Positions 49,683-59,862 are shown, numbered from the stretch's first letter. The stretch: DNA of 64,000 bases from Candidatus Entotheonellaceae bacterium (GCA_965238075.1 OZ250173.1:576001-640000), one strand, 5' to 3'. Notes: generated by a model not told the origin, from the sequence alone. A program made the numbers and translations.

Positions 49683-51092
49683 TTAGTTGAATTGATACTC
49701 GCGCATGGCGACGATCAACTGCAGCATCTCGCCGACCCGCGCTACCGATGCCTCGACCTCTTCCGCCGTGTCCCAGGCCAACAAGCCGCCCTCGCGGGCC
49801 TGCTCCAGCAGCTCCTGCCGGGTATCCGTGCCCACCTGGAGCGGACCCATCAGGTCCAGGCAGCTATCTACGAAGGCATCGGGATCGAGTGGACCCTTGG
49901 TCCTGAGGCGACCGATCATGTCCTGCACGCCAGGCAAATCGGTGCTGCCGACCATCTCGGCAACGAAGTTGATACGGCTCATCAGCGAACCGCTGTTGAT
50001 CCATTCCTTGCCCGTATGCCACCCCTCCACGCTTGGCGGGTTGAGCAAGTCCTGGCCCATGTAGGTTGGCTGCAGGGCCACCTCGCGGCCGTAATCGGGA
50101 CGCGGCAACTCGGCGCCACCGACCAGCCGCAGAGTGCCGACAACCAGCTCCGCCGGGCTCTTCACCTTCGTGAAGTAGGCTTCCTTGAAGAAGTCGGAGG
50201 TGAACAGGGTGGTCAGCATCGCTACCATATCGTAGCCCGACTCGTGGAAAGTGTCGGCCAATGCCGCCACCGCCGCCTCGTCGCGTGGCGGGTTGATCTT
50301 CCAGCTCGGCACCTGCGGCTCGTCGGCCACGAAAAAGTTGTACAGGTGCCGCGCGATGAAGCGGCCGCAGGCCGGCTGCTGCACGACGATATCGATGATG
50401 TCCTCGCCGTTGAAATTGCCGGTGTGGCCCAGGAACTCCTTCTCACCGCCGTCGTGGTCTTCCGCAACGTACTCGAACTCCCAGGGAAAGCGGCCGTACG
50501 GCAGGCGCGGAATCTTGACCGAGAACGTCCAGCCGGTGAAGGCGCGCGACGCCTCACGCACGTCGTTCTCGGTGTAATTCCCCTGTCCCATGGTGAACAA
50601 CTCCAACAGTTCCCGGCCCCAGTTCTCGTTTACGGCGTCCTTGTGGTTCTCGTTGTTGTCCAGCCAGTAAATCATCGCCGGGTCCTTGGCCAAGGCCACC
50701 AACAGGTCGCGGTAATTGCCCATGCCGCGCCGCCGGAACATGCCAATCTGCGCCAGCAGTTGGTCGTAATTGTCCACCTTGGAATTGCCGGTAGCGAAGA
50801 CGTGGTGCCAGAAGAGCGCCATCTTCTCTTCAAGGGGCCGCTGGGTATTCACCATATGGAACATCCAGTTGACGTTCCCCATCGGCGGCATACCGCCCGG
50901 CAGCAGAGCGGCCGGCTGGTAGCGCAGCAGGGCGTATTCGTCCGCCGGCTCGCTGTTGTCGGGGTGAATCAACTCGTGCACCGTCGCCTCGTACCCTTCG
51001 GCGGCGCGGCGCTCCAATTCCTCACGGGGAGCCCCGAAACCGGCCCGGCGCATCAAATGGGCCATCAATCCGACGTCGTGATTGTCTACCAT
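49683..51092 (-). CDS. DUF1800 protein
   Basis: HL.RRAGFG, EKMALFWH, NENWGRELLELFT.G, RAFTGW and PPSV.GW. Confidence 0.9.
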   Translation of the reverse strand: MVDNHDVGLMAHLMRRAGFGAPREELERRAAEGYEATVHELIHPDNSEPADEYALLRYQPAALLPGGMPPMGNVNWMFHMVNTQRPLEEKMALFWHHVFATGNSKVDNYDQLLAQIGMFRRRGMGNYRDLLVALAKDPAMIYWLDNNENHKDAVNENWGRELLELFTMGQGNYTENDVREASRAFTGWTFSVKIPRLPYGRFPWEFEYVAEDHDGGEKEFLGHTGNFNGEDIIDIVVQQPACGRFIARHLYNFFVADEPQVPSWKINPPRDEAAVAALADTFHESGYDMVAMLTTLFTSDFFKEAYFTKVKSPAELVVGTLRLVGGAELPRPDYGREVALQPTYMGQDLLNPPSVEGWHTGKEWINSGSLMSRINFVAEMVGSTDLPGVQDMIGRLRTKGPLDPDAFVDSCLDLMGPLQVGTDTRQELLEQAREGGLLAWDTAEEVEASVARVGEMLQLIVAMREYQFN

Positions 51093-51173
51093 TGCTCTCT
51101 CCTCCTCACAGTGTTGACATTCTCCCACACATGGATTCCCGCTGGCTCGAAAGCGGCAGGGACACGCGAGTCG

Positions 51174-52619
51174 TCAATCCCGCGCCAGCCGAAATCTCGA
51201 TCGCCTCCTTCGCCTCTTATGTCTGAGGTACGCGATGCACAGCCGCCCGATAATAAGGACCATGGCAACCACAGCCGCCCATATGAAGAGCTTCTTCTGC
51301 TTGCGGTCCAGCAAATGGAAACCATGGGCCAGCACCTTTGCAAGGCCTGCTCGTTCAACCGAGCCGCCGGTGATGAGCGGTATGGATGCCAGAGGCCTGC
51401 CCTGCAGCCCCACGACGTATTCGCCAACCACCTGTTGGTACTCCACCGGGGCAATCAGGTACTCGGGCAACGTATCGCGGCGCTCGAGCTTATCCTTGAA
51501 TTCTACAGGCACGATGAGCATCGGATTGCGCGCCGCCACCACGCCGATGCTGTCTTCTTTTCCCTTGAATACCGGAATCTCGAACACCGCGCCCGGCTCC
51601 TGGAACACGTCGAGGAAGGCATAGCGACGGTAGCCGTAGTTGAGCAACTTCGCCGACTCCACCGTGCGCACGGTGGGGTTGGTCGCTCCCATGAGGACGG
51701 AAATCAACCGGCGCCCTTCCCGTTCGGCGGTGGCCAGCAAGTGATAGCCGGATGCGGCGGTGAAGCCGGTTTTCAGACCATCGACCGAGTCGTCCCTCCG
51801 CAGCAACCGGTTACGGTTATATTGGCGTATGTCGGAGAAGGTGTACTCCGAGAGCGAGTGATAATGCAGCGCTTGTGGGAAATCTCTCAAGTAATGCATG
51901 GCCAGCAGGGCCATGTCGTAGGCCGTGGTGAGTTGCCCACTGCCCGGCAGCCCGTGCGCATTGACGAAGCGGCTGTTCATCATCCCCAATCTGCTGGCCG
52001 TCTCGTTCATGACCTTGACGAACGCCTCCTCGCTGCCGGAGAAGTGCTCGGCTACCGCCACGCAGGCGTCGTTGCCGGACACGACGGCAATACCTTTGAT
52101 CAATTCCTCCAACGGCACTCTATCGCCCTCCCGCACGAACATCTTCGAGCCGCCGGTTCTCCATGCCTTCTCGCTAATGTAGACCTCATCGTCGAGTCGT
52201 GCCTGACGCTTTCCAATGAGATCGAATACGACGTACAACATGAGCATCTTGGCAAACGAGGCAGGGGGAATTTGCTCGTCCTTGTTCTGCTGCTGGAGGA
52301 TCCTGCCACTGGAATACTCCATCAGCACGGAACTCTTGGCGCGGACCGACGGGCTGCTTCCCGGCTCGAGCATCAGGTAGGGTTCAGGCATTTCAGCCTT
52401 GGGCCTTTCGCCGGAAGCTGTGGCGGAAGGCTCTGCAATTTCAGGCTCGGTCGTTTCCGTGGGAGGCGCGGGGGTCGGTGTCTCGTCCTGGGCGTGTAAG
52501 CAGCCGAAGAAGAAAAACACGAACAAGCCGCTTAGTAACAATAGCCGCGTGACACGGCGATTCGAGGAGTCAATCACGTGCAATTCCTCTGTCGGGTATT
52601 CCTTGCCCTTCGCGTGCAC
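51174..52619 (-). CDS. dacA: D-alanyl-D-alanine carboxypeptidase (PBP5/6)
   Basis: SxxK (SFAK), SGN and KTG motifs; C-terminal TM; start uncertain. Confidence 0.9.
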   Translation of the reverse strand: MHAKGKEYPTEELHVIDSSNRRVTRLLLLSGLFVFFFFGCLHAQDETPTPAPPTETTEPEIAEPSATASGERPKAEMPEPYLMLEPGSSPSVRAKSSVLMEYSSGRILQQQNKDEQIPPASFAKMLMLYVVFDLIGKRQARLDDEVYISEKAWRTGGSKMFVREGDRVPLEELIKGIAVVSGNDACVAVAEHFSGSEEAFVKVMNETASRLGMMNSRFVNAHGLPGSGQLTTAYDMALLAMHYLRDFPQALHYHSLSEYTFSDIRQYNRNRLLRRDDSVDGLKTGFTAASGYHLLATAEREGRRLISVLMGATNPTVRTVESAKLLNYGYRRYAFLDVFQEPGAVFEIPVFKGKEDSIGVVAARNPMLIVPVEFKDKLERRDTLPEYLIAPVEYQQVVGEYVVGLQGRPLASIPLITGGSVERAGLAKVLAHGFHLLDRKQKKLFIWAAVVAMVLIIGRLCIAYLRHKRRRRRSRFRLARD

Positions 52620-52623
52620 CGTG

Positions 52624-53046
52624 TCACCCCGTTTCCTCGGCAAAGCGAACCTGCTCACCGTACGTCTCGACGAACGACTCAAAGCGGGCGACGTTGTCGG
52701 GTATGAGGCTCTTGCCCTGGCTCCAATCATAGAAGCTGGGGAAATACCAGACCAGCAGCGGGTCACCACAAGGCTCGCCAGTTTTGAAGAACGCCAAGTG
52801 CGGCGTCTGCCCTTCCGAACGACATACCGTGGCCGCTTGCAGGGTATGCCGTTTGAGATGCAGATGGCTGCGCGCTTCGGGCCTCTCGGCGTTGGTGTGA
52901 TACACCGTCAGCCACTCCTCATAGGGGTGCAGATACATGTCCTGCCCGCGCAGTTCCATGGAGCCATGCTCATTTCGCAAGATGAAGGTGCCGCCCATAT
53001 TGATCAGCCGCTCCAGGAAATCGTGAAGCGTCGCGGATTTTGCCAT
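52624..53046 (-). CDS. Hypothetical protein, possible HutX/ChuX/HemS-like haem-binding fold
   Basis: ILRN..G.ME, HLHL and LAFF pattern; strong RBS GAGGAGG. Confidence 0.55.
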   Translation of the reverse strand: MAKSATLHDFLERLINMGGTFILRNEHGSMELRGQDMYLHPYEEWLTVYHTNAERPEARSHLHLKRHTLQAATVCRSEGQTPHLAFFKTGEPCGDPLLVWYFPSFYDWSQGKSLIPDNVARFESFVETYGEQVRFAEETG

Positions 53047-53163
53047 GCCACACCTCCTCAAGGAGCCACGCTACGACGGCGCCTCAAACAGCTTGGGACC
53101 CGCCAGCACGTGGCTCTGCCAGTGCTGCCAACTCAGGAGATCCTCCCCTGGCAATTTGCATTG

Positions 53164-53580
53164 TCAGAAGGTCGCCGCCTGCTCAAAGAAGGCGACGTCG
53201 ACCCGCACTGCACCCTCCTGCCGGGCCTGCTCAGCGACTTTCTGAACCACCATCTGGCGCACAAACGGAATGGGGATGCGCCCAACACGATGCACCACGT
53301 CTTCGGTACAAGGAACCGAGGTGCCGGGCAAATATGGGCCGTCCGCCGCCGCCGGCTCGTCGTCATGCTCGCAGGCGTGCGGCACCAATTCCTGCAGCCG
53401 CAGGGAAACGTAATCCGTCACCCAATGCTGGATGCCCTCGGTGACCTTACCGGTATCGACGCGCTGTTGCTCAAGCTGCTGCGAAAAACCGACCAACAAT
53501 TCCTGCACGCGCGTCAACTGCTCCTGCATGGCGTCCAGACGGCTTTCAAGCCCCGTGGCCTCCGTGCTCGGCATGTTCAC
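53164..53580 (-). CDS. Coiled-coil protein with a C-terminal PCP_red-like domain
   Basis: Heptad-rich N-terminus; RIPIPFVRQMV..KVAEQARQEG...V. Confidence 0.7.
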   Translation of the reverse strand: MNMPSTEATGLESRLDAMQEQLTRVQELLVGFSQQLEQQRVDTGKVTEGIQHWVTDYVSLRLQELVPHACEHDDEPAAADGPYLPGTSVPCTEDVVHRVGRIPIPFVRQMVVQKVAEQARQEGAVRVDVAFFEQAATF

Positions 53581-53637
53581 TGTCTCCTTATACGGGGAAC
53601 TCTGTCTATCGCATGAAACAATAACGGGTAGCGATGC

Positions 53638-54975
53638 TCACGACCGTTTGGGACGGAATCGCGCACCCCACGTTTGGCGAATCTGGGTCAACAACTCAGA
53701 AGTTATCTCCCGGTAACCCTGCGAGCGAGCATAGGCTTCTACACCCTTCACCACCATACCGCGGGCGAATGACGGAATCGCCTTCAGCCGCTCGCGGGCC
53801 GCCGGCTGCCAAACCAGTTCCTGCTTCACCTCCAGGCCGAACGTTTGCGATGCCGGAAGCTCGATCACCTCACCACCGTGCTGACCCGGCTGGTAGGCAC
53901 AAGCGGGGTCTTCGGCCAGATAATCGCCATAGGTGGCGTAGGCTCGGCAGCGGCAGCCGCCACAGATTTTGCTGAACTCGCACGGACCGCAGCGCCCGCC
54001 TAGTTCCGGCTCCCGCAGATTCTGGAAAACGTCGGACCCACCCCACAGATCGGCGAACGACGTCTGACGCAGGTTGCCCGCCACGACCGGCATATAGGGG
54101 CACGGCGTCACATCGCCGCTCGGCGTAATACGGCAGTAGTATTTGCCGGCCGGGCAGGAGCCGTGGGCGTAATTCTTGAGCAGCGGCGAACTGGGATCGA
54201 GCTCCCAGACAATGCGACGAAAATGGGGGGCGCACTTGGCGCGGATGAGGAGCTTGCCCGCCGCGCCGACCGGCATGCTCCACGGGTCTTCCTGCTTGCT
54301 GAAAACCGATGTCGCCTCAGTGTCGCCGTCTTCGCCAACCCCTTGGGCACGCGCCAAGGCCGTCAGGATCCCCTCGTACTGCTCAGCGCTGATATCCGTC
54401 AGGTTCTCGCCCCGCCCGGTTCGCACCAGAAAGAAGAAATTGAGCACGTTGGCGCCCAGGTCGTTCGCCAGATCGACCATCGCCGGAATCTCGTCGACGT
54501 TCCAGTCGGTCACCGACATGTGCAACGAGAAGTCCAGGCCCTCGTCCTTCAAGACCCGTGTCGCCCGCACGGCACCCTCCCAGGACCCGGCCTGATGGCG
54601 AAAGGCGTCATGTTTGTCGGCGCGCGTGGAATCCAGACTGATTGAGGCGCCGAGGACGCCGCTCTGCCGCATCAGCTTGGCCTGCTTCTCGCGCAACAGC
54701 ACCCCGTTCGTACCCAGAACGACCGTGAAATCCCGTTCCGCCCCGTAAGCCGCCAAGTCAAATATATCCTTGCGCAACAGCGGCTCGCCGCCGGTAAGGA
54801 TGAGAAAGATGCTGGGATTGACGCGGGCGATATCGTCCATCACGCGGTAGCACTCAGCCGTCGTCAATTCGTTTGCAGCGTCGGCGCCCGCGGAAGCGCT
54901 GATGTAGCAGTGCGCGCAAAAGAGGTTGCACCGCTGCGTGAGATTCCAGGAAACCGAATAGGCTTTATAGACCAT
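53638..54975 (-). CDS. Radical SAM/SPASM protein (AhbD/NirJ-like) with a C-terminal PCP_red domain
   Basis: CNLFCAHC, TGGEP, FFLV.TGRG, CAPH, CGPC...CGGCR; W...A.ERL..IP.FAR.MV...VE.YAR..G..IT. Confidence 0.88.
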   Translation of the reverse strand: MVYKAYSVSWNLTQRCNLFCAHCYISASAGADAANELTTAECYRVMDDIARVNPSIFLILTGGEPLLRKDIFDLAAYGAERDFTVVLGTNGVLLREKQAKLMRQSGVLGASISLDSTRADKHDAFRHQAGSWEGAVRATRVLKDEGLDFSLHMSVTDWNVDEIPAMVDLANDLGANVLNFFFLVRTGRGENLTDISAEQYEGILTALARAQGVGEDGDTEATSVFSKQEDPWSMPVGAAGKLLIRAKCAPHFRRIVWELDPSSPLLKNYAHGSCPAGKYYCRITPSGDVTPCPYMPVVAGNLRQTSFADLWGGSDVFQNLREPELGGRCGPCEFSKICGGCRCRAYATYGDYLAEDPACAYQPGQHGGEVIELPASQTFGLEVKQELVWQPAARERLKAIPSFARGMVVKGVEAYARSQGYREITSELLTQIRQTWGARFRPKRS

Positions 54976-54993
54976 AGGGCTATTCCGTGTTGC

Positions 54994-57087
54994 TTAACGC
55001 TCCTCGCCGAAATGTTTCAGGTCTTCGGAGCCTTCCTGGGTCACCACCATGCCCTCGCCCTGGACCATTTGGCGGACCGACTCCACCACTTCGGGGTTCG
55101 CCAGTGTGGTCACGTCACCAATATCCATGGTATTCGAGATTGCCGCCAACACGCGGCGCATGATCTTTCCGGAGCGCGTCTTGGGCATGTCCGGCACGAT
55201 GTACACGTGCTTCGGACGGGCGATCTTGCCGATGATCGTCTCGATGGCCTCGATTACCTTGGCTTCGATGACCGGACCGGCGTCAAAACCGGGTTTCAGA
55301 GAGACATACATGTCCGGCACCCGCCCGCGAATGTCGTCCGCAACCGGCACGACCGCCGCCTCGGCGATCTCCTCGACAGTGAGGCCGGCGGATTCAAGCT
55401 CCTTGGTGCCCAGGCGGTGGCCGGCAACGTTGATCACGTCGTCGACGCGGCCCAGGATGCGATAATAGCCGTCCGCCGCCTGCATGGCGCCGTCACCGGT
55501 GAAGTACGGCCAATCGCGCCACTCCTTGCTCTCGGGGTTCCTGCAGTACTTGCCATAGTACGTTGACACATAACGTTCCCGGTCGCCCCAGATGGTTTGA
55601 AAGCCACCGGGCCAGGGATTGCGGATGCAGATGTTCCCGGCCTTGCCCGACCCCGCCGGCACCTCATCGCCGTTTTCGTCGTAGATGACAGGATGAATGC
55701 CCGGCACGCTAGGCCCGGCGCTGCCCGCTTTCATGGCCTGCAGAGCCGGCAGGGTGCTGCACAAGAAACCGCCAGTTTCGGTCTGCCACCAAGTGTCGCA
55801 GATCACGGCCTCACCTTTGCCAACCACGTCGTAGTACCACTGCCACACCTCGGGTTCGATGGGCTCACCAACGGTGGTCATGTGCTTGAAGTGATAATTG
55901 TATTTCTGCGGTTCGTCGGGCCCGGCTTTGCGCAGCATGCGAATGGTGGTGGGGGCGGTGTGGAAAATGTTGACCGCCAATTGTTCGGCGATACGCCAAG
56001 CGCGCCCGGCGTCGGGATAGGTCGGAACGCCCTCGTACATGACGGTGGTGGCCGCCAGAGACAACGGGCCGTAGACAATGTAGGAATGCCCGGTGATCCA
56101 GCCGATGTCCGCCATGCACCAGTACACGTCCTCGGGGTGAATGTCCTGCACGTACTTGGAGGTGCCTGCTACGTATGAAAGGTAGCCGCCGGTACTGTGC
56201 TGGCAGCCTTTGGGACGCCCGGTCGTGCCACTGGTGTACATCAGGAACAGCGGGTCCTCGGCCGCCAGCGCCACGGGCTCGATTCTGCTGCCGGCGTAGG
56301 TCTTCAACTCGTTGTCCACGAAATAGTCACGCCCGTCCTGCATCGGCGTCGCCGAATGGTACTGGCCAGGATAACGCCGCCATACCAGGACTTTATCAAC
56401 GACTTGGCCTTCCTCAGCCGCCTTTTTCACGGCCTCATCCGCCTTTTCTTTGTGATCCAGAAGTGTGCCGCTGCGATAATAACTGTCCATCGTGATCAGC
56501 ACCCGGCTGCCGGAATCGGCGATGCGGTCCCCGCATGACTTGCCGCTGAAGCCGCCGAACACCACCGAATGAATGACGCCCAACCTGGCGCAAGCCAGCA
56601 TGGCCACCGGCAGTTCCGGCACCATCGGCATGTGAATGGTCACCCGGTCGCCTGCCTTGACACCAGCAAAATCCCGTAGCACGGCGGCGAATTCGTTCAC
56701 CCGCACGTACAGTTCCTGATAGGTAATGGCAACGTGAGCTTCATCTTCCGGTTCCGGCACATAAAGAATGGCCGCTTTGTTTCTATACTTTGTTAAATGA
56801 CGGTCGACACAATTGTAGGAAACATTAAGCTTGCCACCAACAAACCATTTCCAGCACGGGGCATCACTGGTATCCAGCAGGGTATGCCAATACGCATACC
56901 AATCGAGGAGATCGGCGTACTCTTTGAAACACTCAGGGAATCGGTCAAGCCCAAAGCGATCGTGAACGTATGGATCGGTCATACTCGCCTGCGCGATGAA
57001 TTGCGCCGATGGCTGAATATAAGCCTCCTCCTTCCAATGCACGGCGATCTGCGCTTCACTCGTCGCCACAACCTCTGGTTCGCTCAT
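54994..57087 (-). CDS. acs: Acetyl-CoA synthetase
   Basis: YTSGTTG.PKG, DTWWQTETGG and PKTRSGKIMRR. Confidence 0.95.
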   Translation of the reverse strand: MSEPEVVATSEAQIAVHWKEEAYIQPSAQFIAQASMTDPYVHDRFGLDRFPECFKEYADLLDWYAYWHTLLDTSDAPCWKWFVGGKLNVSYNCVDRHLTKYRNKAAILYVPEPEDEAHVAITYQELYVRVNEFAAVLRDFAGVKAGDRVTIHMPMVPELPVAMLACARLGVIHSVVFGGFSGKSCGDRIADSGSRVLITMDSYYRSGTLLDHKEKADEAVKKAAEEGQVVDKVLVWRRYPGQYHSATPMQDGRDYFVDNELKTYAGSRIEPVALAAEDPLFLMYTSGTTGRPKGCQHSTGGYLSYVAGTSKYVQDIHPEDVYWCMADIGWITGHSYIVYGPLSLAATTVMYEGVPTYPDAGRAWRIAEQLAVNIFHTAPTTIRMLRKAGPDEPQKYNYHFKHMTTVGEPIEPEVWQWYYDVVGKGEAVICDTWWQTETGGFLCSTLPALQAMKAGSAGPSVPGIHPVIYDENGDEVPAGSGKAGNICIRNPWPGGFQTIWGDRERYVSTYYGKYCRNPESKEWRDWPYFTGDGAMQAADGYYRILGRVDDVINVAGHRLGTKELESAGLTVEEIAEAAVVPVADDIRGRVPDMYVSLKPGFDAGPVIEAKVIEAIETIIGKIARPKHVYIVPDMPKTRSGKIMRRVLAAISNTMDIGDVTTLANPEVVESVRQMVQGEGMVVTQEGSEDLKHFGEER

Positions 57088-57284
57088 CTCTCACCCCTCT
57101 GACCTAACAGACCAAGCTGATTCTAAAAGTCTGAATCAAGCCTCCGTGCCCTTTCCAGCCTCACAATAGCGAGGCATGGTAATGGATTGCCAAGAGGCCG
57201 TCAACCGCCGGATTGTGCGCCGAAAACGACGCGCCACCACTCCCTGCAAGCTGTCCACAGGGCTTTTTGAACCGCGGTAAATGC

Positions 57285-57313
57285 TTGACTTTCAGAAGCT
57301 TGCTTGCTAAGTT
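57285..57313 (+). promoter_or_regulatory. Sigma70-like promoter of rel
   Basis: TTGACT-17 nt-TAAGTT. Confidence 0.55.
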
Positions 57314-57369
57314 CGCCGTCTGTCGATCTGTGAACCAAGACACACCTTTATTGAACCATAGACGACGAT

Positions 57370-59541
57370 ATGATACTGACCATTGATTCAGTTATCGCCG
57401 CTGTTGAGCAATATCACCCACAAGCGGACACGGATCTGGTTCGCCGCGCCTATTTTTTTGCCGCAGAAGCCCACAAGCATCAAAAACGCAAATCCGGCAT
57501 CCCCTACATCTCACATCCCTTGGAAGTCGCGTCCATTCTGACCGAGTTGCAAATGGACGCCATGACCATCGCCAGCGCGTTGTTGCACGACACCATCGAA
57601 GATACCGACGCTGGCGAAGAACAGATTGCGTCGACTTTCAGTCCCCAGGTCGCCGCGCTTGTCTCCGGCGTCACCAAGCTGGGCAAGCTCGAGTTCTTCA
57701 GCCAAGAGGAGCGGCAGGCGGAAAGCTTCCGCAAAATGCTGGTTGCCATGGCCAAGGATATCCGGGTGATCCTGGTCAAGCTCGCTGATCGGCTGCACAA
57801 CCTTCGCACCCTGGAACACATGGCGGGCCACAAGCAACGCCTCGTCGCCCGCGAAACGCTGGAGATCTACGCGCCTCTGGCCCATCGTCTCGGTATTACC
57901 TGGATGAAGGCCGAGATGGAAGACCTGTCCTTTCTCTACCTGCACCCGCGGGCCTACCGGGAAATCGAGACACAGTTCGCAGGCGAGCAGGACGCGAGCG
58001 AGCGTTACTTGACACAGGTTCAGGAAACGGTAGCCAAAGAACTCGTGCAGATGAGCATCAGCTGCAGGCTTTCCGGACGGCCCAAGCACTACTACAGCAT
58101 CTACCAGAAGATGCAGCGCCAGCAACTGCCGTTCGAGGAAGTCCACGACCTGCTGGCCGTTCGGGTCATCACCGACACCGTGCGCAACTGCTACGCCATC
58201 CTGGGCATCATCCACGCCCTCTGGAAGCCCATCCCCGGACGCTTCAAGGATTACATCGCACTCCCTAAGTCCAACATGTACCAATCCTTGCACACCACCG
58301 TGCTGGGTCCCGAGCGCCAGCGCGTTGAGTTGCAGATTCGCACCGAGGGGATGCACCGCACGGCGGAGGAAGGTATCGCGGCGCATTGGCATTACAAGGA
58401 ACGCGGCTCAACCGAAGAGAACGAGGAGTATTTCGCCTGGCTGCGGCGACTGATGGAATGGCAGCAGGATCTCAAAGACCCCATCGAGTTCATGGAAACG
58501 GTCAAGATCGACATGTTCCCGGAGGAAGTCTACGTCTTTACCCCACGCGGCGAGGTGAGGACATTCCCGCGCGGCGCCACGGCGGTGGATTTCGCCTATT
58601 CCGTGCATACCGACGTGGGTCACCAGTGCACGGGCGCCCAGGTAAACGGCCGCATGGCGCCACTGCGTTATCAATTGCGCAACGGGGATACTGTCGAAGT
58701 CCTTACCTCCACCTCCCACGTGCCGAACCGCGACTGGCTGCGCTGGGTTGTCACGTCGCGCGCTCGGACGCGCATCAAGGCGTGGCTCAAGTCGGAAGAC
58801 AAAGAAAGAAGCATCGCCTTGGGCATGCGCAGCCTGGAACACGAAATCCGCAAGTACACGCCGAATTCGCAGCCCTATGTGAAGACGGACGTCCTACTCG
58901 CCGCTGCCCCGACGTTCGGCTGCCACAGAGCGAATGATCTGCTGGAAGCCGTAGGTTACGGGCGCGTGTCAGCCCTGCAAGTCGCGCATCGTTTGCTGCC
59001 GTCAAACTTAATCAAGGAGCAAAGGAATCAGGGCAAGGAGGTGGCACCGTCCGGTCGACAGCAGCCACGCAGTGAGGGGGTGAGGGTGCACGGGCTTACC
59101 GACGTCCTCATCAATTTCGCTCGCTGCTGCAGCCCCCTGCCCGGCGACCGCATCGTCGGGTACGTCACGCGTGGGCGCGGCGTCAGCATTCACACCACGG
59201 ACTGTGAAAGCACGCGAAAGCTGGAATACGACGCAGAAAGGCGCGCCTCGGTGTCGTGGGACGATGCCGGCGAGACCCTGCACTCTGCAGCAATCGCGCT
59301 TGTGACGCACGACGAACAAGGCGTTCTGGCAAGCGTGAGCGCCGCTGTTTCAGCGTGCAAGGTGAATATCAGCCGGTTCAACACAACGACCACCATTGAC
59401 AAGAAAGCCTACATGGATATGACGGTCGATGTCCGTGACGTGAACCATCTGAACGAGGTCATTCGCCGGATTGAAGGCGTACGGGGCGTGCTTTCGGTAG
59501 AACGCGCCAGGAATGTCAGGCGAGGCAATTGGCATACGTGA
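57370..59541 (+). CDS. rel: Bifunctional (p)ppGpp synthetase/hydrolase
   Basis: HD motif (LLHDT.ED), KLADRLHN, RFKD, YQSLHT, TGS and ACT domains. Confidence 0.95.
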   Translation: MILTIDSVIAAVEQYHPQADTDLVRRAYFFAAEAHKHQKRKSGIPYISHPLEVASILTELQMDAMTIASALLHDTIEDTDAGEEQIASTFSPQVAALVSGVTKLGKLEFFSQEERQAESFRKMLVAMAKDIRVILVKLADRLHNLRTLEHMAGHKQRLVARETLEIYAPLAHRLGITWMKAEMEDLSFLYLHPRAYREIETQFAGEQDASERYLTQVQETVAKELVQMSISCRLSGRPKHYYSIYQKMQRQQLPFEEVHDLLAVRVITDTVRNCYAILGIIHALWKPIPGRFKDYIALPKSNMYQSLHTTVLGPERQRVELQIRTEGMHRTAEEGIAAHWHYKERGSTEENEEYFAWLRRLMEWQQDLKDPIEFMETVKIDMFPEEVYVFTPRGEVRTFPRGATAVDFAYSVHTDVGHQCTGAQVNGRMAPLRYQLRNGDTVEVLTSTSHVPNRDWLRWVVTSRARTRIKAWLKSEDKERSIALGMRSLEHEIRKYTPNSQPYVKTDVLLAAAPTFGCHRANDLLEAVGYGRVSALQVAHRLLPSNLIKEQRNQGKEVAPSGRQQPRSEGVRVHGLTDVLINFARCCSPLPGDRIVGYVTRGRGVSIHTTDCESTRKLEYDAERRASVSWDDAGETLHSAAIALVTHDEQGVLASVSAAVSACKVNISRFNTTTTIDKKAYMDMTVDVRDVNHLNEVIRRIEGVRGVLSVERARNVRRGNWHT

Positions 59542-59544
59542 GGA

Positions 59545-59739
59545 TTAAGCGGGCTTGCGCACCTTGCCGGAACGCAGGCAGCGCGTACAGACCTTCATGC
59601 GTTTGACGTGGCCGCTGGCCGTCTGCACCCGCATCGGCTGCAGGTTGGGATTCCAGCGTCTTTTGGTGAGATTGTGAGCATGGCTGATATTATGGCCAAA
59701 TCGTGGTCCTTTGCCGCACATGTCACAGCTTCTGGCCAT
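59545..59739 (-). CDS. rpmB: 50S ribosomal protein L28
   Basis: C..CGK...G..ISHA...TKRRW.PNLQ...CTRC. Confidence 0.95.
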   Translation of the reverse strand: MARSCDMCGKGPRFGHNISHAHNLTKRRWNPNLQPMRVQTASGHVKRMKVCTRCLRSGKVRKPA

Positions 59740-59862
59740 GGCTGCTTCCTTTCATACCCGGAACCGTCCGTTGTCTTTGCTAATCCCGAAAAGCGAGCGC
59801 CAAAGCTAGCACATTCTCCCTGGGGCCGCAACAACGCACCGTGACTGCCACGTGAGCCTGCA

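Noticed and set aside
49692-52499. 935-aa ORF on the + strand
   Set aside because: Antisense shadow of DUF1800 and dacA caused by GC-rich codon bias; no motifs.
53638-54975. RiPP maturase with precursor peptide
   Set aside because: Motifs resemble AhbD/NirJ, and no short precursor or PqqD/RRE domain was recognised.
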